The position numbers and the translations under genes were made by a program. From Schmidtea polychroa (Eukaryota): a stretch of 64,000 nucleotides of DNA. Of the stretch, positions 44,341 to 53,662 are shown piece after piece. Numbering within the stretch: position 1 is the stretch's first letter; every line of letters begins with the position of its first letter. Below the pieces are notes generated by a model that searched no databases, had not been told where the DNA came from, and was given only the letters and a program-made list of their open reading frames with translations. The stretch lies in the NCBI GenBank assembly GCA_044892525.1, contig CM097886.1:158162001-158226000 (forward strand), in the 5' to 3' direction.

Positions 44341-44720
44341 TCCCGCGCGTGTTAATACTTTAAAAGAAAATATTGAAAATTTAAAAAATAATAATATTTA
44401 TGCAAAGCATGTGCAATAATTATGTCTTTGTTAATTAAGTAAACTTTAGTATCAAAATACGTTTTTAAAATATATTTAAATTTTAAAATACCGCAACGTA
44501 ATATATTTTGTTCTACCCCTTCATTGATTTAAGTTGGTCGGAATTTAATAATAATTATATTATACCCTTTGAGACATGTTGAATGTGAGCAGTACCCTTG
44601 TGACTTGTTGAATGTGAGTAGTACCCTTGTGACAATTACCCATGTGAGTAGTGCCCTTGTGTGCAGTACCCTTAGGGGGACAGAATATTTTGTCGGATAG
44701 ACTCTGTATATATATATATG

Positions 44721-44771
<51 letters not shown>

Positions 44772-47700
44772 CTTAGAAAATAATAATATGTAATCAACGA
44801 TTTAAACAAAATTATATTATTACGTATTCTATAATTAAAACAAAAGAATTATATAATCAATGATTTAAACAAATTATATAATCATCGATAATTAAAACAA
44901 AATTATTAATTCTAAAAATATTAGACATCGTTCTAAAAGTATGATGTAATCATTCTAAAAATAATTGGCATCGTTCTAAAAATATTAGGCATCGTTCTAA
45001 AAATATTAGGCATCGTTCTAAAAATAATAGACATCGTTCTAAAAATATTAGGCATCGTTCTAAAAGTATTACGTAATCGCTCTAAAAATATTTGGCATCG
45101 TTCTAAAAATATTTGGCATCGTTCTAAAAATATTTGGCATCGTTCTAAAAATATTAGACATCGATTACGTAATAGTTCTAAAAATATTAGGCATCATTCT
45201 AAAAATAATAGACATCGTTCTAAAATTATGACGTAATCGTTCTAAAAGTATTTGGCGTCGTTCTAAAAGTATGACGTAATCATTCTAAAAATATTAGGCA
45301 TCATTCTAAAAATAATAGACATCGTTCTAAAATTATGACGTAATCATTCTAAAAATATTAGGCATCATTCTAAAAATAATAGACATCGTTCTAAAATTAT
45401 GACGTAATCATTCTAAAAATATTAGGCATCATTCTAAAATATTAGACATCATTCTAAAAATATTAGGCATCGTTCTAAAAGTATGACGTAATCGTTCTAA
45501 AAATATTAGACATCATTCTAAAAATAATAGGCATCGTTCTAAAAGTATGACGTAATCATTCTAAAAATATTAGGCATCATTCTAAAAATAATAGACATCA
45601 TTCTAAAAATAATAGACATCGTTCTAAAATTATGACGTAATCATTCTAAAAATATTAGGCATCGTTCTAAAAATATGACGAGTCATTGTCTTTGTTTTTA
45701 AAATGTGATGAGTCATCATATTATAGAAATCTATATCTCCTTAGAAAGGTCTTGCACAGAGCTTTAAAATAAGCTATCGATCAATATAATATGTTGGCGG
45801 GAACATTAATCTTTGGGATGACAAAAAGTAGGTCCCCTCTGGATCACTTAATAATATTTTGACAAATAATAATAATTTAACTTTAAAAGATGGTGGTCAT
45901 TAAATGTTAATAACATTAAAACTATTAAAGATATATATGATACCTATAGCTCATTCGAAAGGTCTTGGACTGAGCTTTAAGATGAGGTATCGGTCAATAA
46001 AATCTGTTGGCAGGAACATTAATTTTTGGGAAGAAAAAAAAGTAGGTCCCCTCTGGATCACTTAATTAAAACAAAAAATTTAATTAAAAAAAAATAAATG
46101 ACCTTGACCTTTTATTTAAAAAAAAATTTTTTCCCCGGGGGGGGGGGAGGGGGTATATGTGATCTGGAGGGGACATGATCTGGATGGCCCACATCCTACT
46201 ACTTCTTCATGTTCTGTTTAAGAGTATATCCCTCACATACATAACAATATGAATTTTGATGGTTTTAACTAAATTTTCTTGATAATTTCGTATGACATGA
46301 ACAATTGTTGCACAGGTTTTGAATAACTACTAACTAAACAGGTAAGTAAACAAATGTACAAAATTATAATTATTTTTGTAAACAACCGTGAGAATGTATT
46401 ATATTCTATGAAAAATAACATATTGTACAATATAATTTATAAATAGTACTATATTAACTTCTATTATTTGTAGTTTTCCAATGAATGACACCTAATGCGT
46501 ATGGATTTATTAACATTTTAGTTATTACAAACCATAAATATGTGAAAGTAGTTATCTGAAAAACTAGGGACAAATCGATTAAACTGAAGTCATTTTCCAA
46601 ATCAATGGCATGAAAAATATCCAAATTTCAAAATTCAATGTTATAAGCAAATTTAATTCTATAAATTGGTAGATAATTAGTAGTAAAAAATGCAGAAACC
46701 CCTAAAAGTCAAAAAGATAAAACAAAATTATATCAATAATTTTCGTCATTATTCCAAGAGATTGGAAAATAAATATAACGATTAAAGCTAACAGTTCTTA
46801 ACCCCTTGAACTCGAGGTCATTTTTTGAAAAAGATTTTCTTCTCAAAATCATTCATTTATTTCAAAAATGCTTTTTAAGTGTTTTACAGTTTGCTATAAC
46901 TCAAAACAATTGTATATGCACAACCATACATCACATTTAACACATTAATATATCGATTCCTTTTTGCATTTTTGTCCTCTGTGTTGTATTAGAACACATG
47001 CAACAACTCCTTCAAACATTTTATTATAAAATTATAAATAGGCCAAGAAACGTTGAATGACATAAAAAAGTAAATATTTACAATATTAGTTTTTATTTTG
47101 TTGTGCCTAATAAAAATGTTGCCTAATAAAAATACCAAAATAATTATAATTTTTTAATATAAATTATAAATCGATTTTAAAGATATAATATTTTTTTATA
47201 ATTCTAATGCCTGCATGAATTCAAATAAATACGGAAGCAGAGTTCAACTCTTATGTAAACTTTATGGTTGTTAACAAAAATTTACCTGATTTCGATACAA
47301 AATCACAACGAAATTTATTTTTAAAAAAAAGCAACTAGAATGAAGATATTAAATAACAGAATTTTTATTAAAATGGAAAATAATATTTTGCTAGAATATA
47401 TTGAAGATTACAATGATCCAAAGACAATTTTATGCGTTGAAGAGGTCCATTTAGCTTGGCATAGGGGTCTAAAGGCTATTTATAAAGAATTGCAACGCAG
47501 ATATTATAATGTTGTGCCTAATAAAAATGTATCGATTTTGTATCGAAATCAGGTAAATTTCCGTTAACCACAAAGTTTACACAAAGTTTCCGTAATTATT
47601 TGAATTCTTGCAGGCATTAGAATTATAAAAAAAATATTATATCTTTAAAATAGATTTAAAATTTATATTAAAAAATTATAATTATTTTGGTATTTTTATT

Positions 47701-50700
47701 AGGCACCACATATTAGTTTTTATTTTCCCACTATTATGATTTATTAGATATTATTTTAGTATTAATCGATTTAGTGATTTATTTAAAATAAATTAAAGCA
47801 ATAATTTTCCAATAATTTTCCAATTTCTGAATATATCGTTTTCACTTATAAAATAGAGTTTATCTATAAACGAATGGTTAACTCTGGATGCGTGAAAGCA
47901 TTTTCGGGAGTGCGAAAGAAGTTTTTTAATTTTTGATGGAAACTATTGCCTATGTAAAACTAGAAAACTCTACGTTGACTTTTAAGACTTCCATTCTCTA
48001 CTTTTGATTCAGCACATCACATGCAGTACACTCAATAAGAGACTGGTTGATACTCACAAATGTATACATACTCTGAGTACGAACGTTAACAGTGTGATCA
48101 GATGAAGAAACTAACATTAATGTTCTTTAATTTGTCTGTTTTTTATTAATAAAATTATCTTGAAATGGATGTAATTTCTTAAATAATGAAATAAACACAT
48201 TCAAGGGGATATCGACCACTAAAAAGGTTACGAGTCACTTATATAAATAGTAGAAATCAATATGATTTCAAAAAACCTCATTGAGTAATCCCTTATTAAC
48301 AGAAATATTAAAACATTACTAATTTTTATAACTTACTTTTATAAATATTAGCATATACTATATTTTTAGGATCGTCATTTATAACATCAATACCCAAAGG
48401 ATCCAATGGAGCAGCAAAATGACCTCGAACCTATTCGACAAAATTAAAACCGATAGAAAACCAAATTTAATCAAATTAATTTCAAAAATTTTAATAAAAA
48501 TAAAGATATTGTTACATTTAAATAAAGGGACAGTTGAGTATGGTACACAACGAAAATGTAACTGATAACGACAAAAATAATTAATTATTTTTAATATAAT
48601 TCTAAATATAAACTTTCTAATACATTTGATTTAAATAGGTAACAATGTGTAGTTGTTGTAAAACGAGATTGTACTAAATCAAGATTCTAGAAAATTAGAG
48701 TGGGAACTGGTCCAATGCTAATCTAATATATTTTTTTCCTGTGAAAAATGATCAAAAGAATTTGCGTTAAATCTCACACGTTATAGCGATGCTTCACTGT
48801 ATTTTTACAAAAAAACCATTGCTTGACAAGTATTTCACAAATAACATAGATATTAGAACATTAGTAAGTGAGGGCGAATAATTACATATATTGATTAGAT
48901 AATACAATCAATACAATTGGTTATTTCGGTGCCATTGATCAATAAACCAATAAACACAATCTAAAAATGCAAGGAATCAAAATTTAATAAAAATCGGACC
49001 AGAGCATTATTAAATCAGCATCATTAATTCAAAATACCACCAATCATTGATTCTGCTTACATAACATCTATTTGATTATTGAAAGCAAGCGAACAAGGGA
49101 AAATGCATATTAGAAAATCGTGCAGATGTAAATATTATAATCTAACATACCAAAATTATAATGTTTTAACGTTAACTCCTTAGGAATGCTGTCGTCTAAA
49201 TCAGCTGACAAAATTCCCAGCGGATCTAAGTCTGAAACATTATGACCCCGAGCCTGATTATGAAATGAAGCTAACAATCGATTTAAAATAAAATTTAATA
49301 GAATTTCATGATATGTTTATGATTCTTTACTATCCCTAATAATAGATTGATAGTAAAAAAACCATTACGTAAACCTTTATTCATATTAGATTTATTATTT
49401 TGTCAAAGTTAATCACCGTCACAAAATTTCCTTATGAATATTAAATCAATTTTCACAAAAATGGGAAATTGATTTAAGTTAATTCTTATTATTAGATAAC
49501 AATAAATCGTGTCACCTACATAGTACTGATGAGAGCCAAAAGCTCGAAACTAGTCTACTATTGGGATTCGCACTGGATATCACAAAGCTTGTAATGTTTA
49601 TAATATTTTAATGTTAGACATCCGTAAAAAAATGCCACAAACCTCCATCCCGATAGGGCAGTGCTGTTAGTTTAAATAAATATTGCCAATCTATTGCCAT
49701 CTAATAAAATAATCAATTTTCATTCAATAGTGTTATATAACTACTATGTAATCCAGATACCAATTATCGCTCGAATTAATATATTTAACTTATAACCTCA
49801 TGTTTAGAACTAATATTACCATACTATATTTTCTTCTAAAAATTTGTCGCTAAATTTTCAAAATGTTTTTCGCGACTTATTTTTGTATTCTAAACGCTAA
49901 AACAACATTTTCCAACATGATTCAAATAAACAGGCTGTTCTAATAATTCTGGGTTTCATTGCAAATTACAAACATTAAAATTATCACAGTAATAATAATT
50001 TATTAAACTTGACTGGAAAAAATATATTTTTCGAAACTAAAAAGTTTTGTTATTCATAATTTTTCGTTAATAAATTGATTTTCTTAATAAAAGAATTAAT
50101 ATGCACCGATTCTTCATTTTATACGGTTTCATTTTAATAGATTTAGAATTTTAAAAAAATGTTTATAATTAATAAAAATTAATTTTAAATCATTACATTG
50201 ATTTTAAATAATTTCACTTAAAATGTATTTGAATATATTATAAATCTAATTAGAATTAGAACTTCGATTTTGTTTTTGAGAGTTTCTGACATCTTTTTAA
50301 TAATCAATTTCAAATACTTTTCTGCTTCATCAACCTGTTCAGTCACCCATTGATCTTTTTTAATTATTAAATCTTTTTCAGTCTCTTCTATTTCAGAAAA
50401 TACAGTTTCAGGTGCAATTTCTTCAGGTTTTACTGGGCTATTGCTTGAAATGTCATAATTAGTTTGAATTTCATCGTCTTCGCTGTCTGAGTATTCAATT
50501 AAACCTTTCATGTGAATATTTATTTGATTGTTATCGTTTTCCAATTCTAATTGTTGTGATTCTTAACATTTTACAATTAAATCACGTAAGTAAGCTTCAT
50601 ATTTGATCATATAATCATTAGATTCTTTCGGCATATACCACACACTTTCTTTAGTATCTGAATTCCAATAAAAAGGAAAGTTTGTTCTAAAATCTATTAA

Positions 50701-53625
50701 AATGCTTGACTATGAATCAGTAAATATATCGATGTTTTGTTGATATTCACAAATTTTCGGCACTGCATTCTTCAAGTGATTTTTATTCAAATCCTCCATG
50801 GGGGATNNNNNNNNNNNNNNNNNNNNNNNNNNNNNNNNNNNNNNNNNNNNNNNNNNNNNNNNNNNNNNNNNNNNNNNNNNNNNNNNNNNNNNNNNNNNNN
50901 NNNNNNNNNNNNNNNNNNNNNNNNNNNNNNNNNNCTTTGACTTTGGATCTCCACGAACTTTTCCTATGATCAAAAGATCTCCTGACTTTAAAAAGGTTAA
51001 GATTCACTACTTTAATGCATTAAGAACTGGAAGCGTATTTTTTGAACAAAAATCATGATATTGAAAGAACTTTGAAATTTCAAAGGACAATGAAAATGAG
51101 CTTAGTCAATGTGAAAAAGTTTACAGAGATCTTCAAAAAATTAAATAAAAGTCGATCATGTATTTTGGAATATCAACAAATGAATTTTAGATTCTGAAAA
51201 CTATAATTATTTGGAAGATAAAAAATATTATAAATGGTCCCGTGCGGTGATGCTAAACTAACAAAGAAAAAGATAATTACATGAAAATTCACAATCTCAC
51301 CTTACCTAAACCTATTCACCGATACAATACCCATCCAGAAATACCGTAACGATAGAATGAAATAATAACGAGACAAAAAAGAAAAAAAGAAACGTTCTAA
51401 AATCGTCTAAAAAACGAATTTTCATGTATTTTTCGGATAAAAATTTTGATATTTTTTTCTCATTAGTCTAGTAAACAGAACGAATTAGAAGTTCAATCGG
51501 TCTTCTATTTTTTTAACTTGAAAAATTGAATACATTTGTTTTTTCCCATAAGATTATTGCCTAGTTTTACACGGTTATTATGAAGGTATCTGTGATTATT
51601 TCTTCAAGTGATTTGATTCAATTTACACGGTTTAAAATTAAGCTGAACCTATCATCCTTCACACAATATTTTTATGTATGCATTATATCGTTTCCTACCA
51701 TTTTGTTTGTAATGTATGTTGGCCACTTTAACCAAAACGGAGATAAATAAGTATATTACAGAGCAGAAGCGTAGCTAGGGGAGGACAATTTGCCACGGGC
51801 ACTGACACGATGAGGCTCCAGAAGAGGATTCATTGTATCCGAACTGGACTTAAAATTTTACAAAGTTCTCCTCGGACGTCAGAAAGAAACAACTGTAGTT
51901 TCCTTCCTTCGTCCATAATTTTGTTTAAAACAGATTTTGTTCATAGCCTTGTTCATAGAAGATGCTCTTATGCTCACTCAGATGTAATGGTATGTGATCC
52001 AGTTGTTAATGGTATGTGCCTAGCTGCGTGCAGGGACCGCCATAGTAATGTCATTAATCGTATAGATACATCTTGTTTCCTGGATGCTGATGACTTTTAA
52101 CAACTGCAATAGAGCTAATAGTTTCATATTTAAGGACCTCAATGGGACAAGATTGTCTCTGATCTTTTATGGAGAAGAAAAGAGTTGAAAAATAGACTTT
52201 TATGCTATAGGAATGGATGGATTGGGTAACATTTTTGTTGTAGTTGTAGCAGTTAAAATTAATTTTCTTCAAATTGTCTTTATATAGTGTCTTTTTTTGG
52301 TGAAGTTATTATGTTATATTTTGAGTATTGACTGATGTGATCCAATGTTTCAAATATTATAAATTTGTACTCGAATAAAGCTATTAATAGCGCTATTGTT
52401 TGACACTATATTAACCAGAAAGCAAATACTGAAGTTTAATATGGTTTCAATGTTTAATCTCGATTTGTCACTACTCAAGAAATCATTAATAATTGAATAT
52501 ACTCTTTCAACTGTCGCATTAGTCCCCTGTAAGCACAACATTGAAAATTCAACAAGTAATTTCTAATTTTTTTATACGAATATTCTCACAATATTTGTTT
52601 ATTTCTGTCCAACAAATGCTAATATTATACATGTTTATTCGCCTAACTTCATCGAAGAGTTCAATTCCGTGATTTTCTACCACATACTGAACTGGCTTTA
52701 ATAATTGATTTTCACAATATTATACAAACCAATACAAATGTCTAACATGAGAAAAGCAGTAAATGATAATTAATAAATAAAGCAGTATAAGGTAGATATG
52801 AGCCCCTTACGCCACCATTAGTTACCGCGCACTGGTTGGCAACAGAGGCCCCTTACCCCTTTATTTTTTTCAAGGTCAAGTCGTGAGTATTGATTTTCAT
52901 GATTATTGATTGTCGCGATTATTGATTTTCATGATTATTGATTGTCGTGATTATTGATTTTCACGATTATTGATTTTAAAAAATTTACTATTCTTCATTA
53001 TTTACTACTAAAAGAAAAGAAAATTTATCTATGTTATAATTTTTAAGATTTTCAAGCTATAAAAAATCATTTATCAATAATTGTCAAATAAACCGAAATA
53101 ATTATAATATTGTCAGATCTATTTCACAACAATAAATCAGGATACAAATCTGGAGTACAAATAATTCACACATATAACTCGCGATTGGCATTGATAAACA
53201 ATAGCAATTAATTAGTAAGCTAGAGCTTGCATTTATTACTGTGAACAATGATAATTTATTGAAAATAAACTTAAAGCTTTAGTTGTAATATAATTTACGT
53301 TATTCTTTGCGTATTATTATCAGTGGAGTAGCGAATGTAACTAGTGCGCCCGGGACACGATACCTTATTGGGAAATACGTCTAACTTACAGCCAGAATCA
53401 TATGGTCACACGTTGCATGTAACAAATTAGTCAAACAAGGTTATGCAAGGTTTTACACAAGAAGTTCAATAGATTTAGTACAACATATGAAAAATCACTA
53501 ATATTTGGTGTGCCTACCTCTCACCCGCATCACCACATGTACTCGATCAGATATCAATGCCACGTCCTTCAACCAAACATCTACGATGCCAGCATAGAGA
53601 TATTGTTTACTTGTAGCTATATTTT

Positions 53626-53662
<37 letters not shown>

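Larger units (their letters stand above)
31863..46203. mobile_element. 14,341-bp non-coding palindromic element with Polinton/Maverick-type ends (putative non-autonomous Polinton)
   Basis: Arms 31863-38698 and 39393-46203 are reverse complements; unique spacer 38699-39392. Termini AGTAGTAGGATGTGGGCC / GGCCCACATCCTACTACT. Direct repeat TCTTCA at 31857-31862 and 46204-46209. No internal ORF above 90 aa in the track. The palindrome is directly seen; the Polinton assignment is inferred from the 5'-AG..CT-3' ends, the AGT repeat and the 6-bp TSD. Confidence 0.8.

Noticed and set aside
33260-44419. ORF-track proteins inside the palindrome (poly-I, poly-Y, and the duplicated 69-aa and 80/82-aa ORFs)
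   Set aside because: They are translations of (TAT)n/(CA)n repeats and the 40-bp motif; the duplicates only reflect the two arms.
31863-46203. Palindrome as an assembly or whole-genome-amplification chimera
   Set aside because: It has a clean 6-bp TSD, splits a transposase frame exactly, has a unique spacer and has arm-specific SNPs and indels. Not fully excluded without long reads.
47880-48120. Short open frames on the minus strand near exon 3B as a third alternative exon or nested gene
   Set aside because: No RGH/LDPLG motif and no phase-compatible splice pair giving an OGDH-like sequence.
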